This document shows, in pieces, positions 47,034 through 55,191 of a DNA stretch of 64,000 nucleotides. The position numbers and the translations under genes are program-made. How positions within the stretch are numbered: the first letter of the stretch is position 1; each line of letters starts with the position of its first letter. The stretch is taken from NCBI GenBank assembly GCA_965222115.1, contig CBDCTJ010000007.1, forward strand, positions 64,001-128,000. The letters run 5' to 3'. Source of the DNA: Planctomycetota bacterium. Its GTDB lineage: Bacteria > Planctomycetota > PLA2 > JAEUHO01. The notes beneath the pieces were generated by a model. It was not told the origin of the DNA, did not search any database, and saw only the letters and a list, made by a program, of their open reading frames with translations.

Positions 47034-48419
47034 TCAATCTTCGTAGGTTCGGCGCCTTCGGGGTGGTGCGTCTCGATCTTGGTCACGCCGACGGGGAGAT
47101 GGTCGGTCCGACATCGGTCGATAGCCGCCCGGACCGCGCCCGGGCTGCGGGCGCGCCCGCCGCGTATCGTCCCGGCGAAGCGGGCGACGGTCGCGATCAC
47201 CGCCGCGCCCCCGCCCTCGGTCGTCGTCGGATCGGTAGCGATCACCACCGCGGTACCCGCCTGCATAACGACTTCGTCCGCCGCCATAGCCGCTCCGCGC
47301 GCCGCCGCGCGACGGTCTGCCCGGTCTTCCGCGAGGCCCGCCCGCGCGCTGCGGTCGCTTGCCGGGAGGACTGCGCCGACGCCGAGGACGGCGACGCGGT
47401 TCGGGTGGAAGCTCGGCATCCCACGCCTCTTGATTGGCGAGGTACAGCGCCTCGGCCTCGTGAACAAAGGTAAGGTCGGTCGGCGTTAGGGCGCGGTGGG
47501 CGCCGGGGCCGAGCGTTCCCAATTCAAGCGGACCAATGCGGGTGCGAATGAGGCGTCGCACGCGCAGCCCCACGCGCGCGAAGACACGCCGAATCTCACG
47601 GTTGCGCCCTTCGAAGAGCACCACTTCCGCCACACTTTCCTGGCGGCGATCGTCGCGACTCAACACGCGCACCGACGCGGGGGACGATTTGCCTTCGGCC
47701 AGCCACACGCCGGCTTCCAATCGCGCAACGTTTTCGCGATCAAGCACGCCGCGCACATGCACTTCGTAAGTCTTTTCAATGCGATAGCGCGGATGACAAA
47801 CGATGTTTGCGATCGTGCCATCGTTGGTGAGCAAAATCAAACCGCGACTGTCGGCGTCGAGTCGACCCACGGTGTAGATTCGCTGCAAGCAACGTGGAAT
47901 GAGATCGACCACGCGCGGGCGACCGCGCTCATCGGCGTTGGTACAGATGTAGCCGGCGGGCTTATTGAGCAAGTAGTAAACCTTGCGCTCGGGCTTGACA
48001 ACTTCACCATCGAGCCGAACGACATCTTTGGTGGGGTCTACCTTGACGCCCATCTTCGTGACAACCTTACCGTTTACGCTCACGCGCTCCTGCTCTATGA
48101 ACTTTTCGCATTCCCGGCGTGAACCGGCACCCGTGGATGCCAGAAACTTGTGCAGACGGTCACGCGGGCGCGATTCGATGACGTTGCCGTTCGCGGACCC
48201 TGCTGGCACGGACGGCGCCTTCTTGGCCGCGGCTTTCTTGGCGCGCGTTTTTTTCGCACTCGCCTTCTTGGGGGCAGCTTTCTTTCGTGCAGCCTTTTTC
48301 CGAGCCGGCGACTTCTTTGCCGCCGACGTTCGGGCGGCGGGTCGCTTGGCGCTTGCCTTCTTGCGTCCGGACGCTTTGCTCTCGTCGCGCTTCGATTCGT
48401 CGTCGTTTGTCTTTGTCAT
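47034..48419 (-). CDS. rluB: rRNA pseudouridine synthase (RluB/RsuA family) with low-complexity tails
   Basis: S4 domain RLHKFLA..SRRECE; LNKPAGY; catalytic VGRLDADSRGLILLTNDG; EGRNREIRR; LIRTRIG. Subfamily (RluB) inferred. Confidence 0.85.
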   Translation of the reverse strand: MTKTNDDESKRDESKASGRKKASAKRPAARTSAAKKSPARKKAARKKAAPKKASAKKTRAKKAAAKKAPSVPAGSANGNVIESRPRDRLHKFLASTGAGSRRECEKFIEQERVSVNGKVVTKMGVKVDPTKDVVRLDGEVVKPERKVYYLLNKPAGYICTNADERGRPRVVDLIPRCLQRIYTVGRLDADSRGLILLTNDGTIANIVCHPRYRIEKTYEVHVRGVLDRENVARLEAGVWLAEGKSSPASVRVLSRDDRRQESVAEVVLFEGRNREIRRVFARVGLRVRRLIRTRIGPLELGTLGPGAHRALTPTDLTFVHEAEALYLANQEAWDAELPPEPRRRPRRRRSPPGKRPQRAGGPRGRPGRPSRGGARSGYGGGRSRYAGGYRGGDRYRSDDDRGRGRGGDRDRRPLRRDDTRRARPQPGRGPGGYRPMSDRPSPRRRDQDRDAPPRRRRTYED

Positions 48420-48713
48420 AATCGACTTCCTTCTTTCGGTTCGCCTCGCGGCGAGCGGATGTCGGACAGCGTTACGGACGCGGTCGCTCTACGCGATACG
48501 CCTCGCCGTCGTGATCCCCTTGATTGGTACTACGCGTGCCTTTCTGCATGCATTTCTGGAAGAAACGTTCCCGTCTGTGGGCATCTTCCCGTCTGCAGTC
48601 GAATCGTCTTTACACATGGCACCGTGCCAATGCCCGCAAACGACTCGACACAAGCGGCTCGGGGCTCCCTTCTGGATTGCAACATTTGCCTCACGTCTAG
48701 TCATAGCACGAAC

Positions 48714-49607
48714 TCAGGCGGGGTAGGACGGTGCCTCGAGGGCTTTACAAGAAACCCACCAGTCGGGGGAGCTGACGAGCCCATTCGTTGGCGTGAGCGC
48801 CGTGCGCGCGCGCGGGACGGAAAACGCTGATTGCCCGTCGATGCGAATCATGCCGCCGGAGCGACAAAACACCACCGGACCGTGCGGCGGCGCCGCCAGG
48901 TGGGGTTCATGGAGTGCGATGGAGAAGCGCTCGCCAACAAGAACGCGGCTTGCCTCATCGAATGTGCCGCCTGGCTGCGGACCGCGACGCAATACCGAGC
49001 GCGCCAAATCAACGTGAAGCTCACGCGGAGTGCCATAGAGGCCGGGCCGGTTGTAGTCATCCAAACGCCACGTCACGTTTACCGGGTTCTGTATTTCGAA
49101 GACTAGGGATTCGGCAAGAATCGCATGCACGGTACCGGGTGGAATGTGAATCATCGAGGGCGCATGGCTACCGTTGGTCGAGCCCCCGTGAAGCGTCGTA
49201 TTCGTTAGGCGTGAGAGCCACTCACCGGACGCGGGAATGTCCTCGGCCGACACGCTGCCAGTAGCGACCGCTCCGCTAGTAGCCAAACTAATCCACGCTT
49301 CCTCTTTGACGACATCGCTGTCAACGCCATCGGGATGGAGCTGCACGGAGAGATCCTTGCGTGCATCCAAAATCTTGATTAGGAGCGGAAACGGATCGCC
49401 CCAGATGGACCGCAGTGATGTGCCGTCAAGAGGCCCCCCATCGACGACGGAGCAAACATCCTCAAGATCAGCGATTTCAAAGGACTCACCGATGGGCCCG
49501 TCCGGTAGTTCCTTACGCCCGAGTTCGGTTTCTAGCCGGCGACCACCCCACGGTTTCTTGATGTAGATCGGACGCAGGAGAACTGGATGAGGTAAGGGAG
49601 AGTGCAC
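48714..49607 (-). CDS. manA: Type I mannose-6-phosphate isomerase-like protein
   Basis: KPWGGRRL, IGESFE, FPLLIKILDA..LSVQLHP, KEEAW, PGTVHAI, EIQ, RELHVD. Confidence 0.85.
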   Translation of the reverse strand: MHSPLPHPVLLRPIYIKKPWGGRRLETELGRKELPDGPIGESFEIADLEDVCSVVDGGPLDGTSLRSIWGDPFPLLIKILDARKDLSVQLHPDGVDSDVVKEEAWISLATSGAVATGSVSAEDIPASGEWLSRLTNTTLHGGSTNGSHAPSMIHIPPGTVHAILAESLVFEIQNPVNVTWRLDDYNRPGLYGTPRELHVDLARSVLRRGPQPGGTFDEASRVLVGERFSIALHEPHLAAPPHGPVVFCRSGGMIRIDGQSAFSVPRARTALTPTNGLVSSPDWWVSCKALEAPSYPA

Positions 49608-49751
49608 GCGTTATCCAAGCCCGGGTGATTTACGAAGCACGCGCCACGCACGACGTGCTCAAACCAATCGCTACGACTCACAGTATCGAGCATCGAAGGG
49701 CAGGAATGAACGCGTTCTCGTAAGAACGACCACTGCACAGTTGAATGTGCG

Positions 49752-51311
49752 CTACTTCACACCCGCAATGCGTGTGCGGCGACGGGGTGCAATGCCGCCG
49801 GGCGGCGGTGCGCTGTTGTAGGGTGCCGCGCGGGGCGCCGGCCGGCGAGACTCGGGATAGGTCTCACGACCGGGAATGGGTGTGGTACCGGGTGCGGGCA
49901 AATCCTTCGCAGATCCCATACGCCATTCGTTTGACCCGTCCTTATCTACCTTGGTACGCGAACGTCTCGTGCGGTTTGGCGATGCGCGTTCGGTGTTGCG
50001 AGCGGGCTCGGCCCGCGATACAGGACGACGGGGCATCGCAAACGCGCCGTACCCACGCGGACCGGGCCCGGTGTGCATACGACGTCGATTCGGTGACTGG
50101 CGATCGTTCGATCGTCGATCACCCGATCCCTCGTCGCGCGACACAGTCGGCGGCTCACGTGCGAGCGCGTCCTCTTCATCGGGCCACGCGGGAGCTTCTC
50201 GCGATGCATTGGTGCGTTCATCGTGTTCGCGAGGCGCGGGCGCGAGCCCGGGCGGCATACCCAGTTCGTCGCCCGGGGCATCAAACCCAGGAGCACTGCT
50301 CGCATCAGCAACACTGTCTTCGGAATCATCGTCTTCGGCATCATCGGGAAACGAAGGAACGTCACGACCGGGTGCATCGCTCGCGCCGGGAAACGAAGGC
50401 AAGCCCTCGGAAGGACCATCGTTCGTTCGCGCATCGGCCGCTGGACCTGCGCCATCATCAAGCTCGGAGGTCGGCCCGAAATCGAGTTCACCAGTGCGAT
50501 CATCGGCCGGCGAAGGTGGCTTGGGTCGATCGCTCCACGAGGCACCGCCACCACCCCATGAATCGCCGAGTTTGCCGCCTTGCTCGACACGTGCGGCCTC
50601 GTGTTCGTCGCCAAGCTCGCGCAGCGCGTCGGCATACAACCGGCGCACCTTGGCCGCATAGACTTTGGGTAGATCGCGGCGCGTAATCAACATATCGCGG
50701 TACTTACGGGCCGCACGTCGCGTGGCCTCATTGCTTCCACGACGCAAGAGATTCCGTCCGGCATTCAATTCGCGAAAGAAACTGCGACCCAAACGATGGC
50801 CCGTTTTACGCAGCGACAGCACTTCCAAGTAGGGGCGACCGCGCGACACGGCACCAATGCGCGCGGTCACTTCAATGCGGGTAAAAATCTCAAGTCCGAG
50901 CAGTACAGCACGACTCGGGTGTGACTTGGGCAGATACAGAAACGGAAAATCCTTCTTGTAGGGCTCTGGATTCCACAACTCCGCCCCATCGGGCCACACC
51001 GAGAAATTGTCAAAATTTCGATAGCTAAAGCGCGTGCGGAACGCGTCAAAGATGGATTCCTGTTTGTGAAAGACACACACAAACGTCAGTGTGCGACCGG
51101 CAAATGAACGAGGTGCGCGTAAGACGTCTGTGAGTTGCACATGTTGGCCCTGATCCAAGTCTCCCCACCACCCATCGCCTGCATTCGCGGGGGACCTCAT
51201 GACGCCCAGTCCGCATGTGCAGAGCAACGCAACCACAAACGATCGGAGGCGCCCTCGTGTGGTGCCGCAATACGTTGAACCGGTTCGAGTCGGGTCTTTA
51301 CGCATAACCAC
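49752..51311 (-). CDS. Exported hypothetical protein: folded N-domain plus a long disordered C-terminal tail
   Basis: Signal-like FVVALLCTCGLGVMRSPANA; aromatic-rich domain (FSVWPDGAELW, DFPFLY); about 270-aa Asp/Pro-rich then Arg/Pro-rich tail. Confidence 0.7.
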   Translation of the reverse strand: MVMRKDPTRTGSTYCGTTRGRLRSFVVALLCTCGLGVMRSPANAGDGWWGDLDQGQHVQLTDVLRAPRSFAGRTLTFVCVFHKQESIFDAFRTRFSYRNFDNFSVWPDGAELWNPEPYKKDFPFLYLPKSHPSRAVLLGLEIFTRIEVTARIGAVSRGRPYLEVLSLRKTGHRLGRSFFRELNAGRNLLRRGSNEATRRAARKYRDMLITRRDLPKVYAAKVRRLYADALRELGDEHEAARVEQGGKLGDSWGGGGASWSDRPKPPSPADDRTGELDFGPTSELDDGAGPAADARTNDGPSEGLPSFPGASDAPGRDVPSFPDDAEDDDSEDSVADASSAPGFDAPGDELGMPPGLAPAPREHDERTNASREAPAWPDEEDALAREPPTVSRDEGSGDRRSNDRQSPNRRRMHTGPGPRGYGAFAMPRRPVSRAEPARNTERASPNRTRRSRTKVDKDGSNEWRMGSAKDLPAPGTTPIPGRETYPESRRPAPRAAPYNSAPPPGGIAPRRRTRIAGVK

Positions 51312-51514
51312 TCCAATGCATCGACGTGACGAAGATCGAAACCGTGCGCGTGATGATCCATCCCCATTGAACGGGATGATGGGCGCGAACCTACGAAAAC
51401 ATATTCATGAAGAACCGCGTCGATTGCGTGTTGAGCGATCGAGACATACAGCGCTGCGCGGCATCGACAAAACGGACTGCCACGGGGCGGGCGCCTGCTT
51501 CGATGCGGGCTGCT

Positions 51515-51549
51515 TAGATATCGTCTTCGCTCTAGATATCGTCTTCGCT
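51515..51549. repeat. Tandem duplication (17-bp identity, 18-bp period) of the end of the flgM-like gene
   Basis: TAGATATCGTCTTCGCT at 51515-51531 and 51533-51549; the minus strand reads SEDDI-TAG-SEDDI-TAA. Confidence 0.9.
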
Positions 51550-51894
51550 GCGGAAGATGCGCATCAACCCGCCAACCACATCGCTCTCGGTGGGATAGGT
51601 CCCCTTACGAATGGCTTCGCGCAGTGCACGCAGACGGGCCTCGCCAATCGGTATCAATCGCTCGACGTCTGCCGAAGTAACGTCCGCCGAAGTGACCGGA
51701 GCCTTGCTCGTGCCGTGACTTCCTGAGATCTCTTGATTTGCAGGCGTCCCGACGACTGGCGACTCGGTTGCAGGCGCGCTGCTCGCACCGGAAGAAGACT
51801 TGGCACCGGGCGACGTCACGGCCACTTCCACCGAGAACTTGGCCTTGTCGCCAACTTCGGGAGCAATCGGATGGGGTCGATTGGTCGGAATCAC
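51532..51894 (-). CDS. FlgM-like anti-sigma28 factor
   Basis: Disordered Ser/Ala/Pro-rich N-terminus and C-terminal EARLRALREAIRKGTY, matching the FlgM 'R...LK.AI..GTY' signature. Start uncertain (GTG 51894 or ATG 51945). Confidence 0.6.
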   Translation of the reverse strand: MIPTNRPHPIAPEVGDKAKFSVEVAVTSPGAKSSSGASSAPATESPVVGTPANQEISGSHGTSKAPVTSADVTSADVERLIPIGEARLRALREAIRKGTYPTESDVVGGLMRIFRSEDDI

Positions 51895-52005
51895 AGGTTT
51901 GATCCTACACAGGCTCGCGGACCTTACGCCCTTAGGTGCACACATTGGAGTGCATGCTTCGGGGTGTACATCACGCCGGGTCGGATTCGCCCAGCATTGT
52001 GCTCC

Positions 52006-52053
52006 TTTGAGCCTGAGAGTTCAGCGTGGTCTTTTAAGCCTGAGAGTTCTGCG
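52006..52053. repeat. Imperfect direct repeat, 21 bp with 27-bp period
   Basis: TTTGAGCCTGAGAGTTCAGCG (52006-52026) and TTTAAGCCTGAGAGTTCTGCG (52033-52053). Confidence 0.85.
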
Positions 52054-52082
52054 CCAGCACCGTGCCGGCCCGTCTCTCCCCT

Positions 52083-52110
52083 GGATCGGTGGAGACTTCT
52101 GTGCTCTTGA
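52083..52110 (-). promoter_or_regulatory. Putative sigma28-like promoter upstream of the flgM-like gene
   Basis: Minus strand TCAAG-N15-ACCGATCC, resembling TAAA-N15-GCCGATAA. Confidence 0.4.
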
Positions 52111-52222
52111 CGTGGGTAGCACCACGTTGGGCGGGTTGGGGGTCGGAATTGAACGCCGCTTGCGGCAATTGTATCTCGCGGATCCCCCAATTATTCGGGC
52201 TCTACTCGGAATCTGAGTCCGA

Positions 52223-52789
52223 TTAGCCGGCCTCGTCGGGGCCCAATGCAAAGACTAGGTATCGAGTATCGCCAGCCGACTGCTCGCGGACGCTCCGAGC
52301 GCCATCGGGAAGCGAAAACTCGAGCGTTTTAGGCAATTTGTAGGCAATCCATGACGTTTTGAGCGGGTTCGCGTAGCGGCCGCCGACTGCGCGCCACGCC
52401 GCAGCGTCAACGGACGACCACGCCTCGTAGGGCGGATCGACGAACACGACGTCGTACGCCGTGTCCAACGCCTTCCCCGGCACGACGTGCAACGCATCAC
52501 CGACCACAAACGTCGCCGGTGCAGACGGATCGACGCGATGGAGCCACGTTTCCAACGCATGCAGTACCCGTCGGTTGTGATCCACAAAGGTGACGGACTG
52601 CGCACCGCGCGACAGCGCTTCCAGTCCGAACCCACCGGATCCTGCGCACAAATCGAGCACGTGAGCGCCTTCGATGATCCCGCCCAAAACCGAGAACAGA
52701 CTCGTCTTCAGTCGGGCCCCCACAGGACGCACGCCCGATTCCACCTCGGGCAGTCGTCGTCCCCGCCAGCGACCGGCCACAATTCTCAT
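52223..52789 (-). CDS. rsmD: 16S rRNA m2G966 methyltransferase RsmD family
   Basis: MRIVAGRWRGRRL, VLDLCAGSGGFGLEALSRGA, VFVDPPY. Confidence 0.9.
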   Translation of the reverse strand: MRIVAGRWRGRRLPEVESGVRPVGARLKTSLFSVLGGIIEGAHVLDLCAGSGGFGLEALSRGAQSVTFVDHNRRVLHALETWLHRVDPSAPATFVVGDALHVVPGKALDTAYDVVFVDPPYEAWSSVDAAAWRAVGGRYANPLKTSWIAYKLPKTLEFSLPDGARSVREQSAGDTRYLVFALGPDEAG

Positions 52790-52859
52790 AGGTGCAATCC
52801 GCCAAATTCGATGGGCTGACTCGCCGTGCTCGCGATGCTGCTCGGCTATGCTCCGGCGC

Positions 52860-53603
52860 ATGATTCGTCTAGGTGTCAATATCGATCACGTGGCCACGTT
52901 ACGTCAAGCGCGTCGTGAGTCGTTTCCGTCCATTCTTGCCGCCGCGCACTCCGCGGAGCAAGCAGGCGCCGACCAAATCACGGTCCACCTGCGCGGGGAT
53001 CGACGCCACATTCAAGAGCGTGATGTGCGATTGCTGAAGGAGTCGATACACACAGGACTAAATCTGGAATGCGCCGCAACAGACGAAATGATGGCCATCG
53101 CGCTCGATGTGGCACCCGCAGCACTTTGTCTGGTTCCGGAGAACCGTGAGGAAGTCACCACCGAAGGGGGCTTGGACGTTGAAGCCCATAAGGACGCCAT
53201 CGCCGCGTGCATCCGATCCGCCCGCGAGGCACACATCCCGGTGTCACTCTTCGTGGATCCAGAAGAACGCGCGCTCCTAGCGGCCAGCGAAGTGGGCGCC
53301 CACGCCGTGGAGTTACACACCGGACGCTACGCACGGGCTCGCGAAGAAGGTGAACGCGTGCGCGAATACCTTGCACTGAAGGACGCGGCGCGAGCCGCCA
53401 AAGAAATGGGACTACGCGTTCACGCCGGCCATGGACTCGATTACCACAACGTCGCGCGCATTGCGGCCTTGCCCGATGTCGAAGAGCTCAACATTGGGTT
53501 CGCGATTGTTTCCTGCGCCATATTTGTTGGACTCGAGTCGGCCGTGCGAAGGATGCGCGACGAGATGCTGCGCGCACGCGATGGTTGGGGACAGACTCCA
53601 TGA
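52860..53603 (+). CDS. pdxJ: Pyridoxine 5'-phosphate synthase
   Basis: RLGVNIDHVATLRQAR, TVHLRGDRRHI, LVPENREEVTTEGGL, ELHTG, AGHGL, ELNIG. Confidence 0.96.
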   Translation: MIRLGVNIDHVATLRQARRESFPSILAAAHSAEQAGADQITVHLRGDRRHIQERDVRLLKESIHTGLNLECAATDEMMAIALDVAPAALCLVPENREEVTTEGGLDVEAHKDAIAACIRSAREAHIPVSLFVDPEERALLAASEVGAHAVELHTGRYARAREEGERVREYLALKDAARAAKEMGLRVHAGHGLDYHNVARIAALPDVEELNIGFAIVSCAIFVGLESAVRRMRDEMLRARDGWGQTP

Positions 53604-54487
53604 CGGGGCCCAAGCCACTGTCGGGCGTTGGCACCGCACTTGTTACGCCATTCAAGAAGGGTGATGTCGATCTTGATGCGCTCAAGGCGCTCGTGGAATT
53701 GCAAATCAAGGGCGATGTGTCGTTCCTCGTTCCGTGTGGCACCACGGGCGAATCTCCCACCCTCACCGACGCAGAACGTGTTGCGGTGATTGCGTGCGTC
53801 GTGGAGGCCGCGAACGGACGCGTGCCCGTGGTTGCGGGCACCGGCACCAACGATACGCCCCATTCCATCGCCATGACCCGCGCCGCAAAATCTGCCGGCG
53901 CCGACGCGTGCTTGGCCGTGGCACCGTACTACAACCGACCCTCCCAAGAAGGCGTGTACCGCCATGTACGGGCCATGATTGACGATGGCGGACTGCCCGC
54001 GGTGCTCTATCACATTCCGGGACGCTGCGGCATTGGCATTGACGTGGACACGATGGCGCGTCTCGCAACGAGCGGTGGTGTTGTGGGCGTCAAGGAAACC
54101 GAACGCGTGAGTCGCGTAACAGATTTGCGCCGCGCCTTCGACGACGTGGGCTGCGACGTCCCCATTCTCAGCGGCGACGACGGCTTGACGCTTCCCATGA
54201 TTGCGCTGGGTGCCGCGGGCGTAATCAGTGTGGCAAGCAACGTCGTTCCCGCGCGCGTGGCCGCGATGGTGGCTCACGCACGAGCCAACAAGATTGAAGC
54301 GGCGCGTGCAGAACATGAGGCGCTGCACGATTTGGTTCACGCGCTCTTCGTCGAACCCAATCCATCGCCCGTCAAAGCGCTGCTCGCCATGCGCGGCATC
54401 ATTGCAAGCGATGCGGTGCGTTTGCCGTTGGTGGCGGCGTCGGCATCAACGCGCGAGGCGCTTGAACGCGCTACCGCCACCCTCTAA
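53600..54487 (+). CDS. dapA: 4-hydroxy-tetrahydrodipicolinate synthase
   Basis: TALVTPF, CGTTGESPTL, AGTGTN, PYYNRPSQEG, GVKE, LSGDD, GVISVASN, EPNPSPVK; ATGA overlap with pdxJ. Confidence 0.92.
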   Translation: MTGPKPLSGVGTALVTPFKKGDVDLDALKALVELQIKGDVSFLVPCGTTGESPTLTDAERVAVIACVVEAANGRVPVVAGTGTNDTPHSIAMTRAAKSAGADACLAVAPYYNRPSQEGVYRHVRAMIDDGGLPAVLYHIPGRCGIGIDVDTMARLATSGGVVGVKETERVSRVTDLRRAFDDVGCDVPILSGDDGLTLPMIALGAAGVISVASNVVPARVAAMVAHARANKIEAARAEHEALHDLVHALFVEPNPSPVKALLAMRGIIASDAVRLPLVAASASTREALERATATL

Positions 54488-54601
54488 CCGAATCGTTTTG
54501 GCGTGCCGTTACGGCAGGGGCGCGCTGCGAGTGAGGGAACGAGATACGCCTGGAAGCCGAATAGTCGGGATTCTCATGCGAATTGGCGCTTCGGCACAGC
54601 G

Positions 54602-54616
54602 TGGCACAGGCGTTGC
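54602..54616 (+). promoter_or_regulatory. Sigma54 (-24/-12) promoter
   Basis: TGGCAC-AGGCG-TTGC, an exact consensus match about 30 nt upstream of the hsp20 start. Confidence 0.75.
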
Positions 54617-54647
54617 GATTGTCGGGTTGTTCAACCAGGAGCAATCT

Positions 54648-55094
54648 ATGTCCAATAGCTGTCATCGTCCCGGTAACGGGTCTCAATCATTTCCTTTCCC
54701 CGCGCTCGGTCGCCTCTTTGAGGACTGGCTCGGTGTTGACATCCCCGAAGCCAACATGAGCGGCACGGCCACCATTCGTCCTGCCATGGATCTCATGGAA
54801 CACGAAGACGGCGTGACATTGCACATGGAGCTTCCGGGACTCAGCAAGGAAGAAGTCGATCTCACGCTGGAGAACGGCGTCCTTACGATTCGCGGTGACA
54901 AGACCCTCAACCGCGACAAGAACAACAAGAAGTACCACTGCATGGAACGCACGTTTGGGAGCTTTCACCGCGCGGTGAAGTTGCCCACGGGTGTGCAGGC
55001 CGAGAAGGCCGAAGCCACATTCAAAGACGGCGTATTGACGATCCATGTGCCCAAGACCGAAGCCGTAAAGGCACGCAAGCTGCGTATTCAGTAG
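54648..55094 (+). CDS. Hsp20/alpha-crystallin small heat shock protein
   Basis: AGGAG RBS; PAMDLME, ELPGL, GVLTIRG, ERTFGSFHRAVKLP, ATFKDGVLTIHVPK. Confidence 0.95.
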   Translation: MSNSCHRPGNGSQSFPFPALGRLFEDWLGVDIPEANMSGTATIRPAMDLMEHEDGVTLHMELPGLSKEEVDLTLENGVLTIRGDKTLNRDKNNKKYHCMERTFGSFHRAVKLPTGVQAEKAEATFKDGVLTIHVPKTEAVKARKLRIQ

Positions 55095-55119
55095 CGCAGA
55101 ACTGGAAGCGTCGTTTCGC

Positions 55120-55163
55120 CGAGGGCTCGTGGGTTCATACGACCTGCGGGCCCTCGTTTTGTT
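55120..55163 (+). terminator. Intrinsic terminator-like hairpin between hsp20 and clpB
   Basis: CGAGGGCTCGTGGGT ... ACCTGCGGGCCCTCG followed by TTTTGTT. Confidence 0.65.
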
Positions 55164-55191
55164 CTCACTGGAAGAGAGAGAAATCAAACCC

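Noticed and set aside
52000-52082. Glycine-riboswitch-like words (GGAGAG, two CTCTCAGG) on the minus strand
   Set aside because: The CCGAAG core and its pairing partners are missing, the spacing is too short for two aptamers, and the downstream gene is unrelated to glycine. An Rfam scan would settle it.
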